The translations under genes were made by a program, and so were the position numbers. Shown piece by piece: positions 1-9,632 of a stretch of 64,000 bases of DNA. The notes below the pieces were generated by a model. That model was given only the letters and a program-made list of their open reading frames with translations. It was not told the origin of the DNA and ran no database searches. Each line of letters starts with the position of its first letter. The stretch's first letter is position 1. Source of the stretch: a virus (taxonomy: Duplodnaviria; Caudoviricetes); the IMG/VR virus record IMGVR_UViG_3300020577_004796, positions 1 to 64,000 of that record; one strand, 5' to 3'.

Positions 1-647
1 AATATGGTATATGATACGCCATTGTTCTGCCAACCTGCAGCAGAGTAGCCTGTACTGGCACCCCCATCTATTTTACCAGTAACTGCTGACATGATACCTA
101 CCATAGTACCCGTACGGGCATTTGAGGTAGAATCTGCTAAAGATAGTGTAGTACCGTTAGGATAATGCCATACTCCCATAAAATTAGAGTCATATGCAGC
201 ACCTGTAGAACCTCCTTGATAAGTTGTTTTGGTTGAATCACCAGTCCATATATAGATAACAGTATTAGCTGATGTAGATAGTGTAGGAACCTTTACCCAA
301 TATTCAACAGTTCCCGTAGTACCATCCCAGCTTACAGTTTCCCAAGATAACATTGTAGTACCTGCGGCATCTGAAGTAAACCATACATCGTAACCACTGG
401 CATTTTCTACTTCTCCAGTAGGATAGGATTTTAAGAATGTATAAGTACCTGATATTAGTACTGTAAAGTTAGTAGAATCAGCAGAACCGCATTTAGTATA
501 ATCTATTGTAATACTACGATGATAAGGTGGGCCTCCTGTAGTAGGATATGATTCTCCATTCCAAGTTTTAACAGTAGCCACAGCATTTCCAATCACTGTT
601 TTCACAGAGGCTGTTGCTGTACCATTTATGGTTTTTACTGTTCCCAT
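1..647 (-). CDS. DUF2341-like / LamG-like virion protein (partial, runs off the window start; not in ORF track)
   Basis: Hand translation from ATG at 647: MGTVKTINGTATASVKT...GYDVWFTSDAAGTTMLSWETVSWDGTTGTVEYWVKVPTLSTSANTVIYIW...YDSNFMGVWHY. The D(V/I)xFT...YWVKVP..L pattern is DUF2341-like. TAATG overlap with the upstream gene. Confidence 0.7.
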   Translation of the reverse strand, partial: MGTVKTINGTATASVKTVIGNAVATVKTWNGESYPTTGGPPYHRSITIDYTKCGSADSTNFTVLISGTYTFLKSYPTGEVENASGYDVWFTSDAAGTTMLSWETVSWDGTTGTVEYWVKVPTLSTSANTVIYIWTGDSTKTTYQGGSTGAAYDSNFMGVWHYPNGTTLSLADSTSNARTGTMVGIMSAVTGKIDGGASTGYSAAGWQNNGVSYTI

Positions 648-2683
648 TAAACTACTGTTATATAATCAGGTGACGGATTCCAATATATGCAATCATCTGT
701 AAGTGCAAATCCTACAACTCTAATAACGTCATCTGTACCAGAAGGTTTTGTTGCTGTTATAGCTCCTGCTGTAGTAGATAGGTATAAAGTAGAACCCGCA
801 GTCCAAGTCCATCCATCATTTCTTACTATACAACCTGGTAAACATACATTTAAAGGACTTGCTGCACTTCCTGCTGCTGTAGCCAAAGCTATCATTCCTC
901 CAGCAGTAGCTGCTGCATCAGCATCAGTAAGTTGCCATGTAGAAGATGAGTCCAGATATACAGCCTCCCATTGAGCTATAGTAGCCCCTGCATTAAGATC
1001 GTTAGTACTGGGTCCACTGTAAGTATCATCAGTGGCTGGTTCCACTTTCATATCAATGGGACCGTCTATCCTAAGAGTATTAGTACCTAAGTCAAGATTA
1101 CCGCCAGCAAGAACTAATTCATTATTAGTCTGGGTAAGAGTAACATCTCCATTATCCCAGTTAATAACACCCCCTTCAGCAAGGAACAGGTCAGAGAATT
1201 GGTTACTGGTACTACCTAGTGGGGCTCCATCATTAGATGTAGGTACCAGAGAAGTAGTTATAGTAGCTGTAGTCAGAACAGGTGATGTAAGAGAAGGGGC
1301 TGTGCTAAATACCAGGTTAGTTGATGTAGTGCCGGTAGCACCTGCTGCTGTATAACCTGTAATGTTGTTGAATAATGTTATAGAAGCTGAAGTACCTCCT
1401 GTCCCTCCTCTACTGACAGCCAATGAACCTGTCCAACCAAGAGTCAAGGAAGCTGCTGTAAGTAACGCTGTTGTAGGAGACCCTCCTAATGTAAGTGTTA
1501 CATTAGTATCATCTACCTTAGTAAGAGCAGTACCTACAGAAGATATTGCAGACCATGTGGCATCTCCTCTAAGAAAAGTACTAGCTGAAGGTGTCCCTGT
1601 TGCTGATATACCTCCTACAGGAAGTCCTGTGCAATTAGTTAATGTTCCTGATGTAGGAGTACCTAACAATGGAGTTACTAATGTAGGTGAAGTAGCAAAT
1701 ACAAGTGAGCCACTTCCGGTTTCATCGGTAACAGCACTTGCTAGATTAGCACTACTAGGAGTAGCAAGAAATGTTGCAACACCTGTTCCTAATCCTGATA
1801 CTCCTGTAGATATAGGTAAGCCTGTACCGTTAGTAAGTGTTACACTAGCTGGTGTACCTAATTCCCAGGCTCCTGGTAAAGTACCAGCAGAAGCAAGTGC
1901 TATTACAGGAGTTGCACCACCTGTAGATGTAATCTGATTAGCTGTTCCAGATACAGATGTAACTGTACCTGTAGCAGGAGCTACCCAACTGGTAATACCT
2001 GAGCCATCTGTAGATAATACATAACCGGATGTTCCTCCATTAATGGGAAGCAACATGGTCCAGTTAGTGGTCATGCCAGGATTAGGGGCCATAGTAGTAG
2101 CAAAAGCATTACCACTATTAAAAAATTTAATACTTCCTTGACCTACAGTTGGTACTCCTAGTATAATACAATTGGCTCCGGCAGTTCCTGTAAATGTTTG
2201 AGAAGCTGTCCACGTATTAGCATGTGTAAGATCTATGTCTATAGTAGGTGTAGTTGTAGGGGAACCTACAGTAATAGTACTTCCAGGGCTACTGATAGAT
2301 GTGACAGTACCAGAACCTGCAGAACCATTAGATGCCGCTGTTAACCTTCCATACGCATCTACAGTAATTGAAGCATTTGTATACGAACCCGCGGTAACTG
2401 CTGTTGTGGCTAAACCTAAAGTTCCTGTAGTTGTTATTGGTCCCCCTGTAAGTTGACCAGATGTAGTAGCTATATTTGTTACAGTTCCTACTCCCCCAGG
2501 AGATAGCCATGTGGTGCCGTTATAATAATATAATAATGAATCAGATGCATTAATAGTCAACATCCCCACGACAGGAGTAGTATAGCTGCTTGTTTCTACG
2601 TTAGGTGCAGCTAATTGTTCTGTTGTAGTTATACGAGGAAAAACATCACCGTAATTATAATGTTGTAAAAATGGTTCCGCCAT
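647..2683 (-). CDS. Tail fibre / long Gly-Ser-Thr-rich virion appendage protein
   Basis: 678 aa, very T/S/G/A-rich, with recurring GTVTS and LVF(A/S)T(S/A)P(T/S)L motifs typical of phage fibres; lies in the structural block. Confidence 0.65.
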   Translation of the reverse strand: MAEPFLQHYNYGDVFPRITTTEQLAAPNVETSSYTTPVVGMLTINASDSLLYYYNGTTWLSPGGVGTVTNIATTSGQLTGGPITTTGTLGLATTAVTAGSYTNASITVDAYGRLTAASNGSAGSGTVTSISSPGSTITVGSPTTTPTIDIDLTHANTWTASQTFTGTAGANCIILGVPTVGQGSIKFFNSGNAFATTMAPNPGMTTNWTMLLPINGGTSGYVLSTDGSGITSWVAPATGTVTSVSGTANQITSTGGATPVIALASAGTLPGAWELGTPASVTLTNGTGLPISTGVSGLGTGVATFLATPSSANLASAVTDETGSGSLVFATSPTLVTPLLGTPTSGTLTNCTGLPVGGISATGTPSASTFLRGDATWSAISSVGTALTKVDDTNVTLTLGGSPTTALLTAASLTLGWTGSLAVSRGGTGGTSASITLFNNITGYTAAGATGTTSTNLVFSTAPSLTSPVLTTATITTSLVPTSNDGAPLGSTSNQFSDLFLAEGGVINWDNGDVTLTQTNNELVLAGGNLDLGTNTLRIDGPIDMKVEPATDDTYSGPSTNDLNAGATIAQWEAVYLDSSSTWQLTDADAAATAGGMIALATAAGSAASPLNVCLPGCIVRNDGWTWTAGSTLYLSTTAGAITATKPSGTDDVIRVVGFALTDDCIYWNPSPDYITVV

Positions 2684-3291
2684 TATGTATAAGCAAATAT
2701 TGTGTAGACTCCACCTAAATCAAACAATAACCCAGTTAAAAGAGTTATAGTCCCCGAAGACTTATCATATGTATATTGTATTGTTCCTTCTGGCCCAGGA
2801 TTTAGGATTCCGTAACCACTTAAAGATAGTTGAATATTATATCCAACTAATGGTGTATAAATAAAAGTTGTATTACCTGCAATGGGTTGTCCAGAAATAC
2901 CAGACGCACTAGAAACACATGTGAAATTAAATGTCTTTATTACAGAACCTGCAGAGGTTGTTACATTAGTGCAGCAATTATTATTACAAACTGAACTAGG
3001 TGGAGCAAACAACCAAGGATTAAATTTAAATAATTCTGGAAACTTTGCACAACCAGAACAACTAGTATACTGTGTTATAACAAATGATGGATTAATCACA
3101 GTTGACCCACTAACACATATGACATTAGAAAGATCTTGATATTTTAAAAGTTGATATTGTAACCAAACTTTTTCTTTAGATTTAACATTACAGTTTAAAT
3201 CAATACCCCAAATACTCTTGTAAGCATCCTTTTTAAAGGTATTACAAAAGTTTTCTATAATATCATAATGATGAGCCTTAAAGTTTTTCAT
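2683..3291 (-). CDS. Hypothetical virion protein, Cys-containing
   Basis: 202 aa ORF translationally coupled to its neighbours in the structural operon. Confidence 0.6.
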   Translation of the reverse strand: MKNFKAHHYDIIENFCNTFKKDAYKSIWGIDLNCNVKSKEKVWLQYQLLKYQDLSNVICVSGSTVINPSFVITQYTSCSGCAKFPELFKFNPWLFAPPSSVCNNNCCTNVTTSAGSVIKTFNFTCVSSASGISGQPIAGNTTFIYTPLVGYNIQLSLSGYGILNPGPEGTIQYTYDKSSGTITLLTGLLFDLGGVYTIFAYT

Positions 3292-3428
3292 TATGGTTTC
3301 TTGGCGTTTTCTTGATTAATTTTTTCTTGAGCTGCTTTTGCGCATGCCGCGCAAGCCTTTTGTCCATTCGAAAGAGTGTGTAACTGACAAGAACATCCTG
3401 GTTGAGTCCCACAAATAGAACATTTCAT
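3291..3428 (-). CDS. Small Cys-rich protein (45 aa; not in ORF track)
   Basis: Hand translation MKCSICGTQPGCSCQLHTLSNGQKACAACAKAAQEKINQENAKKP*; TAATG overlap with the next gene. Confidence 0.6.
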   Translation of the reverse strand: MKCSICGTQPGCSCQLHTLSNGQKACAACAKAAQEKINQENAKKP

Positions 3429-3447
3429 ATTATTGGTTTTTAGTTAG

Positions 3448-4005
3448 TTAACATGAACTACAACCTCTACTGATATTAAGAAGTTGTTTATATGCGTATT
3501 TATACATTTCCATAGCCGTTTCATAATCATGTAAATCTTCACACAAATGTTGTGCCGTTAAAACTTGATTATGAATTAATTGTAATTCTCTAATTAAAAC
3601 TAAATTATCGTTTGAAGGAGAACAAGCTGTGTCGTTAATCCAACATGAAGCTTTATACCATTTATTAAGAAAATGCATTATACGAAACACATTGTACTCT
3701 ACATATACTTTATCGTTGGGGCTAAGTGAATATCTTACATGATATATACCGTCTTGAATTATAGGACAGTTGTCTTCACAACCTAAAGCTTGTATTCCTA
3801 TTTGACATGCGTTTAAAAATAATTCAAACCCAGGTAACAAGCCTTGAATAACGGTAGGCGATGTAAATCCGGGTGGAGTTATTTCTAATGTAAAGCAAGA
3901 ACCAGACGGCGAAGGGGCACCAGCATAAATGCTACTGTCCTCAACTCGAAAGATTCCTTCATTACAATGTTCAGGAAAGTTTAAAAATAATTGATGTTTT
4001 GCCAC
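3448..4005 (-). CDS. Conserved crAss-like structural-module protein
   Basis: 185 aa; position in the tail/neck gene block; resemblance to crAss-like virion proteins is from recall. Confidence 0.55.
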   Translation of the reverse strand: MAKHQLFLNFPEHCNEGIFRVEDSSIYAGAPSPSGSCFTLEITPPGFTSPTVIQGLLPGFELFLNACQIGIQALGCEDNCPIIQDGIYHVRYSLSPNDKVYVEYNVFRIMHFLNKWYKASCWINDTACSPSNDNLVLIRELQLIHNQVLTAQHLCEDLHDYETAMEMYKYAYKQLLNISRGCSSC

Positions 4006-4113
4006 AATCTACTCTATATTAAAAATATACGACATTTTTTTGAATTTTCCAAATTAAACTAAAAACCCCAAGCTTGTATAAACTTGGGGAGTTTTAGATT
4101 AAACTTTAGATGT

Positions 4114-5379
4114 TTAGAATGATTCCAGAGTAACTGGGTTATCAGTTAGAGCTAAACAGTTACTAATGAATCCTGTAAGATTAGTTGTAGCAGTTCCTGT
4201 TGGAACATAAAACACTGTTTCGTACTGAGGGCTATCTACGATAGAAGATGGATTCAAGTTGAAATCTACTGTACGAACCAGATGTATTTCATCGTATAAT
4301 GCTGTTCTTGTTACATTAGCAAGACAAACATCGTCTTCTATAGTTCTGATACGGAACAAATCTATATCATAGCCATCTGCGAAGTTTTCAGTTTTATACC
4401 TACGATAATCAATCCATTCGCGAAGAACTGTTTCACCAGAACCTGTTTTCTGTGCTGGTTCAGTTATGGTAGTAACCATGTTTGGAACAGATGTATTAAT
4501 TGTAGTTGTTACCTGACAAGGGTCAGCTTCCAAACCATCATCCATTCTAAGAGAAGCATAAAGCAACAGTGGCTCAAGCTCGTAGTGATCAGAAGGAGTA
4601 AAGGTACAATTACCAAATACTGTATCTGCGTAAGCAGCTGTAAGTTGTAAACAAGATACTACTGATCCAGGATTAGAAGTGTTTGCTACATAAAGTGTAC
4701 CCAATCCAAGTGATACGTCATATGCAGAGTATGCACGTGTTTTAACACCAGCATCATTCCAATATACAATTGGAGCTAAGAATTGGCTAAGAATTGGATC
4801 TTGCTTAATGTAATCAGACCACTGCAAGTGAACTGTAACAGCATCTACCAATTGACCAGTACAACCGCTTTGGCAATTACCTCCGCAACAACCTGTCCAA
4901 GCCTCAAGATCACGATATAATTCGTGAGCCAGTGTTCTCATTGCTGGAGAACCTTTAGCTTCAACAAGCAGTCTGTAGAAGGTACCACATTGGTATGTAG
5001 GACCTACTTCTGCAGTATCACCAGTTACAGTCTGATCCCAACCAACAGATATTACCATGTTAGTAAGAGCTGATGCTGACTTCTTCCAGAAGCGAGTTAC
5101 ATTGTTCCATTTAATGGGTTTAGATTTGTCTGATTCCAGCAAACCACCCATTGTGGGGGAAATGTTGTCTACGGTATGGTAAGAACCAACAGCAAAAATT
5201 ATATCTGACTTTGTGGGTGCAAATATAGATGTCCCTAGTATGCTATGGGAAATTGGAAATATACCAACTTCTCCAGCTGTTAGGGTAGCGGTTGTTCCAC
5301 CACTGAGATCGAGTTTGATTGCGCTTGAGGCAATGGCGGGAACGAAAACTTCCCTGAATGCATAAAGTGGATATGCCAT
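4114..5379 (-). CDS. crAss-like virion structural protein
   Basis: 421 aa with codon usage similar to the capsid gene; downstream of MCP as in crAss-like gene order. Confidence 0.55.
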   Translation of the reverse strand: MAYPLYAFREVFVPAIASSAIKLDLSGGTTATLTAGEVGIFPISHSILGTSIFAPTKSDIIFAVGSYHTVDNISPTMGGLLESDKSKPIKWNNVTRFWKKSASALTNMVISVGWDQTVTGDTAEVGPTYQCGTFYRLLVEAKGSPAMRTLAHELYRDLEAWTGCCGGNCQSGCTGQLVDAVTVHLQWSDYIKQDPILSQFLAPIVYWNDAGVKTRAYSAYDVSLGLGTLYVANTSNPGSVVSCLQLTAAYADTVFGNCTFTPSDHYELEPLLLYASLRMDDGLEADPCQVTTTINTSVPNMVTTITEPAQKTGSGETVLREWIDYRRYKTENFADGYDIDLFRIRTIEDDVCLANVTRTALYDEIHLVRTVDFNLNPSSIVDSPQYETVFYVPTGTATTNLTGFISNCLALTDNPVTLESF

Positions 5380-5393
5380 ATTGTTTGTTTATT

Positions 5394-6098
5394 TTAAGTG
5401 TTTATTTGTTCGTTTTGTAAACTTCTTTGTGCGTTATTTTGATCAGCTAAATCAAATGCTATTGTAGCTACTGCGCCGTCTATTATCAATTCTACTATAG
5501 AGTCTTTAAATTCGCATTCAACATTTACTGTAGAAGTTAAACCTGTTTCTGTATCAGTACATCCTAAAAACTGTACTGGTGTGGGTTCTCTATAATAACT
5601 AACTTTGACGTTTTCTATATCAAATTTATTATCTGTATAAATTCTTATAGTATCTCCAAATAAAGTATAGAAAGTTTCTCTCCATTCTAAATTTGGTCTT
5701 TTATTTACATCTTTGAGATCTAAATCTACATTTGATTCTTTTCCAGGGTAAAGGGTTAGCCTAGCTGCCGGGCAGCACCCTTCTTTTTTTCCATCTGCTG
5801 CTATTCTAGAAAACATTAAATAGTCATCTGGAAAAGCACATGATTCAAAATAAAGAGTTTTATCTACAAAAGTGGTTTCCCAAGTAGTAAGTAATTGTTG
5901 TAAATCAGCTTCTAATTGTGAAGAACTCTCTCTGCCTTCTTTCTTTTGATTTAATCCTTCTAATTGCCTACGTGTCCAAGCTCTTAATTCTTTATTAAAA
6001 GCTTCTTGTATTTGCCAGCAAAATAAGTTATCAGCGTCTGCAGAATCGAGCTTATTTAATCTTTGCTTAAATTTTATTTGAATTAGCTCGTTTGTCAT
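5394..6098 (-). CDS. Neck/tail ring (tail tubular-type) protein
   Basis: 234 aa with N-terminal LNKLDS...IQEAFN and C-terminal YYREP...CEF...ELII pattern of crAss-like ring proteins. Confidence 0.55.
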   Translation of the reverse strand: MTNELIQIKFKQRLNKLDSADADNLFCWQIQEAFNKELRAWTRRQLEGLNQKKEGRESSSQLEADLQQLLTTWETTFVDKTLYFESCAFPDDYLMFSRIAADGKKEGCCPAARLTLYPGKESNVDLDLKDVNKRPNLEWRETFYTLFGDTIRIYTDNKFDIENVKVSYYREPTPVQFLGCTDTETGLTSTVNVECEFKDSIVELIIDGAVATIAFDLADQNNAQRSLQNEQINT

Positions 6099-6105
6099 TG
6101 ATTAC

Positions 6106-7143
6106 TTATTGATTCATTTCTCGATCTACTTTCTTTTGTAGTTTATCTAAAATTTCATTATGGATTGGATTCTTTAGAAAAACAAAAGCGTCTTCCATTG
6201 TACGACCCATTACTGCTTGTTCATCTAAGAAATAAATAAATCCGTCTGGCTTTTGATCGACAAATCTAAATGTCTTTGCTATTTTTAGTGTAGCTTTAAT
6301 TTTAATATCTTCTAAACTAAGATTACACAATCCAATAAAAGTTAACGCTGCTTGACGTTTGTTCTTTTCCCAAAGCTCACCATCAATTCCCCTATCTAAG
6401 TTAAAATAGATTACGTCTGCTGGAGTACTTGTTTTATATTGGGTACAATCAGGATCAAATGATATAGCAATTAATCTTAATTTCTCTACATCAGTATCTC
6501 TGAGTCTATCTAATTCAGCTTTCGCTTTATTTACTGTCTTACGTAATTCTGTATTAGTAACTGCTGTTGCTTCTAATTTATCCAGATAAAACTTAGGAGG
6601 AGTTGGTTGTTTTGCTGCATCTTCTAAGGAAGGTGCAATAAGACATTTATACCCACCTGCACGGATTGCTCTTTCTAAGAGAATATCCATATGATTTGAT
6701 AAATCCAAATACTTACCTGACGAATCTAGCTCTATCGTAAAACCTTCTGGATAAGGAATATCTTTACCCCAAAATTCTTCATTAGTAGGAGCCAATAACT
6801 TACACTCTTTCCAGAATTCTTTATTCTTCAAAGAAGGGTCAATGGGATCTCCACCGGTAATCATTTTATGAACCTTGGAAGCAGTTTCTCTAATATCTTT
6901 AATAACTGCATCGCGTTCAGGTCCCGCTGGTATTGCTAAAACTTCTGGGGCATTTTCGTTTAGTCCAGTTAGATAACGTTTAATTCCGTTTTTTTCTATA
7001 AAACCCAAAGGTTCTATTTGAGAAACTCCATCAAAAAGAGACAAGCCATATTGCTCAAGTCCCATGTTTTCTATTCCTGGATTTACGTAGCAACGTATTG
7101 CTAAGCCAGTTCTGCCTATTGATCTAGGTGTTGCTGTTGTCAT
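6106..7143 (-). CDS. Conserved crAss-like protein immediately downstream of the major capsid gene
   Basis: 345 aa, synteny with MCP. Confidence 0.5.
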   Translation of the reverse strand: MTTATPRSIGRTGLAIRCYVNPGIENMGLEQYGLSLFDGVSQIEPLGFIEKNGIKRYLTGLNENAPEVLAIPAGPERDAVIKDIRETASKVHKMITGGDPIDPSLKNKEFWKECKLLAPTNEEFWGKDIPYPEGFTIELDSSGKYLDLSNHMDILLERAIRAGGYKCLIAPSLEDAAKQPTPPKFYLDKLEATAVTNTELRKTVNKAKAELDRLRDTDVEKLRLIAISFDPDCTQYKTSTPADVIYFNLDRGIDGELWEKNKRQAALTFIGLCNLSLEDIKIKATLKIAKTFRFVDQKPDGFIYFLDEQAVMGRTMEDAFVFLKNPIHNEILDKLQKKVDREMNQ

Positions 7144-7368
7144 TAGTTGGTTTTTAGAGATATTAATTTAAGTTAATCTTATTACTTTGTTCTTTTTCGA
7201 GATGTTCTTGAATTTCATATTCCATCTCTTTTGATTTGTAACCTATGTAGTTTCCTAGAACTAATCCAGTAATAAGTGGTATTATTATATACGCAACTAT
7301 CATACTGGATTAGTTTATCTGTTATTAAAAATATACGATTTTATTTTGATTCTACCAAATAAATCTTA

Positions 7369-9009
7369 TTACAGAGAACCACCTGTGATAGGATTCTTCA
7401 TAACTATCTTCAGAACCTTAGTAGGATCTTTTACCCAGATAGCTTTGTGTGGCTGCCTCATGAACACTTTATAACCGAAGTCACCACCTGCAGAAGCAAA
7501 TCCTGAAGTACGACCCATATAATCACAGTTACCGTTAACATACCACCACCTAAGTTGTGAATCCCACTCTTTCTCAAGCAAGAAGATATTATCGTTTGTG
7601 TTATCAGTTATATCAAATATTAAGAAAGAATAAGATGACAGGTTGAAACCATTTATCTTAGGATTCTCTATATCGTTATTATGAACGTTATCAAATGCTG
7701 GGTTTAGTACAAACTGTACGTTTGCCAAGAATGGTATGATAAAGCTTGTGTAAGCATAACCAAAATCAAGATCCATTCCTTTACCAGTAATAGCACCTAT
7801 TTCGGTAGCATTAATAACCAGGCCAGAGTTTACAGCGTATTGTTTGATGGCTTCATTTATGAGTTTCATACCACCCATACCTGTTTGAACCACTATTTTA
7901 CGCATTGGGTCTGGTCCTTTAAATTCAACTTTACCATTATAGAAGTTGAAAAGTTCAGCTTTGAATAAATCCAAAGTAAAGTTACCAAACGTATATATTC
8001 TCTTGTAGTTATTGTCCAGCTGTTTCCAAAGACCAGTTGTAAGACGAGTGTCATCTGCACCACTCATCTGAGTGATACGACCACCTTTACCCCACATCAA
8101 TTGATATTCAATATCATGTGCTACTTGAGCAAGACACTTAGCTTCTATTGCTGTGAGGAAAGTACGACTCAAACGACCTTCTTTTATTTGCTTCTGAGCC
8201 CAAGACATGCCGTTTTTCTTAATCATGTCATCGATAGAAGCAATGGATGGATCAGCACCCCAATCAAGCCATTTCCATATTTCGGTTACTATAACTTCAC
8301 CTTTTGCGGTCATACCATTCTTAGCCATTAAATCGGCTTTACCTGATATTTCAAAAGAACAGTGTGCGTCAGATTGACCAACGAAGTTATAGTATTCACG
8401 ATAACCACCACGAATCTCTCCCAGGTCATTATAGCGTGCGCCATACTCACCTATAGAAGAACCAGCACTAAATATTTTAGTACCAACCGTTAAATAGCTA
8501 TTAGCCAGATATGTGCCAGCTGGGAATACTGCAGAGTTGTTATTTACCAACTTAACTGTATACAACCAAGCGTCGCCTACCTGTATAATTGGTTCAGATG
8601 TAACATACATTTCCAAACCATTATATTTGTCATAAGTTATCAAAGAACCATGACCAAAAGCACGTTTGTTCAATGCTATCTGGAAAGTAGTACCATCAAT
8701 ACCTTTAGTAGTATTAGTTGGCTGAGGATCGTATACTATATACGGAAGCTCTTGTACAATAGGAAGCTGCCATTTCCAACGACCCATGCGATCTTTAACT
8801 TTAATGGTATTTTTACCACCAAAAGATGAAAGTTGATAAATTGGCATTTCTACCTTCTGAACCATAGCCCAAAGATCAACAGGCCCCATGTCATCGGGTG
8901 AGCTGTCTTTAAGTACGTTCATCATGTGAAAACTGTCAATGTTTCCACCGCTTACGCGATAATTTGTATCGCGTAGAAAAATTCCGTTATTTAAACTTGG
9001 TGTTGCCAT
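7369..9009 (-). CDS. Major capsid protein (crAss-like)
   Basis: 546 aa, strong codon bias, portal-scaffold-MCP gene order, C-terminal WVKDPTKVLKI motif. Confidence 0.8.
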   Translation of the reverse strand: MATPSLNNGIFLRDTNYRVSGGNIDSFHMMNVLKDSSPDDMGPVDLWAMVQKVEMPIYQLSSFGGKNTIKVKDRMGRWKWQLPIVQELPYIVYDPQPTNTTKGIDGTTFQIALNKRAFGHGSLITYDKYNGLEMYVTSEPIIQVGDAWLYTVKLVNNNSAVFPAGTYLANSYLTVGTKIFSAGSSIGEYGARYNDLGEIRGGYREYYNFVGQSDAHCSFEISGKADLMAKNGMTAKGEVIVTEIWKWLDWGADPSIASIDDMIKKNGMSWAQKQIKEGRLSRTFLTAIEAKCLAQVAHDIEYQLMWGKGGRITQMSGADDTRLTTGLWKQLDNNYKRIYTFGNFTLDLFKAELFNFYNGKVEFKGPDPMRKIVVQTGMGGMKLINEAIKQYAVNSGLVINATEIGAITGKGMDLDFGYAYTSFIIPFLANVQFVLNPAFDNVHNNDIENPKINGFNLSSYSFLIFDITDNTNDNIFLLEKEWDSQLRWWYVNGNCDYMGRTSGFASAGGDFGYKVFMRQPHKAIWVKDPTKVLKIVMKNPITGGSL

Positions 9010-9026
9010 AATTTTTTATTTTTTAT

Positions 9027-9632
9027 TTAATTTATGTTTATTAAGTTTCTACCCCTATACCAATTTTCTGGTATAGATTCTGTATTTAATATTAGTTTCT
9101 TTTCTTTACCGTTATTTATCCAAATTTTACCAAAAATAGATTTATTTCCTTTATGTGATTCAGACATTCTTTTTTTAGTTTCTAAAGAAGCCTTTTGTCC
9201 TTTTTTGGCAGTTGATCTTCCTTTTCTAGAAATTGACATTTTAAATCTAACTTCTTCTGATCGTTTTCCTTTAGAATATGTATTTCCTAACATTTTACTT
9301 CTGAGTCTCGATTTATCTTCTTTAGTCATTTTACGATAATCTTTATTATCATGACCACCTTTTAATATATTTGCGAGAGTTCCTGTGTTATACTTTATTC
9401 TACCATAATAATCTATTAGTAATATTTCAATTTTATTCGCTTCTTCTAAGCTTAGGTTTTCTGCAATTTTGTACTTTTCTATTTCTCCATTATTTAAAGA
9501 AAATATATTTTTCCAAATACTATTTCTTCTTTTATGATTTATTCTATCAGTACCTTCTTTACCTATACCAATATAGAAAACTTCGTCTTTATCTGGTCTT
9601 ATATGTTTATAAATATAATACCTATTTTCCAT
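9027..9632 (-). CDS. Free-standing GIY-YIG-like (Seg-type) homing endonuclease with NUMOD3 repeats
   Basis: N-terminal YIYKH.RPD..VFYIGIG, ANILKGG, and basic repeats SEEVRFKMS / SLETKKRMSESHKG. Confidence 0.8.
   Translation of the reverse strand: MENRYYIYKHIRPDKDEVFYIGIGKEGTDRINHKRRNSIWKNIFSLNNGEIEKYKIAENLSLEEANKIEILLIDYYGRIKYNTGTLANILKGGHDNKDYRKMTKEDKSRLRSKMLGNTYSKGKRSEEVRFKMSISRKGRSTAKKGQKASLETKKRMSESHKGNKSIFGKIWINNGKEKKLILNTESIPENWYRGRNLININ

Noticed and set aside
687-2456. Plus-strand ORFs of 73-191 aa opposite the tail fibre
   Set aside because: Antisense shadows of a biased-codon gene (Val/Pro/Ala-rich), with no independent signals
9027-9632. Group I intron around the free-standing endonucleases at 9027, 14063 and 24793
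   Set aside because: The ORFs abut neighbouring genes with no space for P/Q/R/S elements, and neighbouring genes are intact
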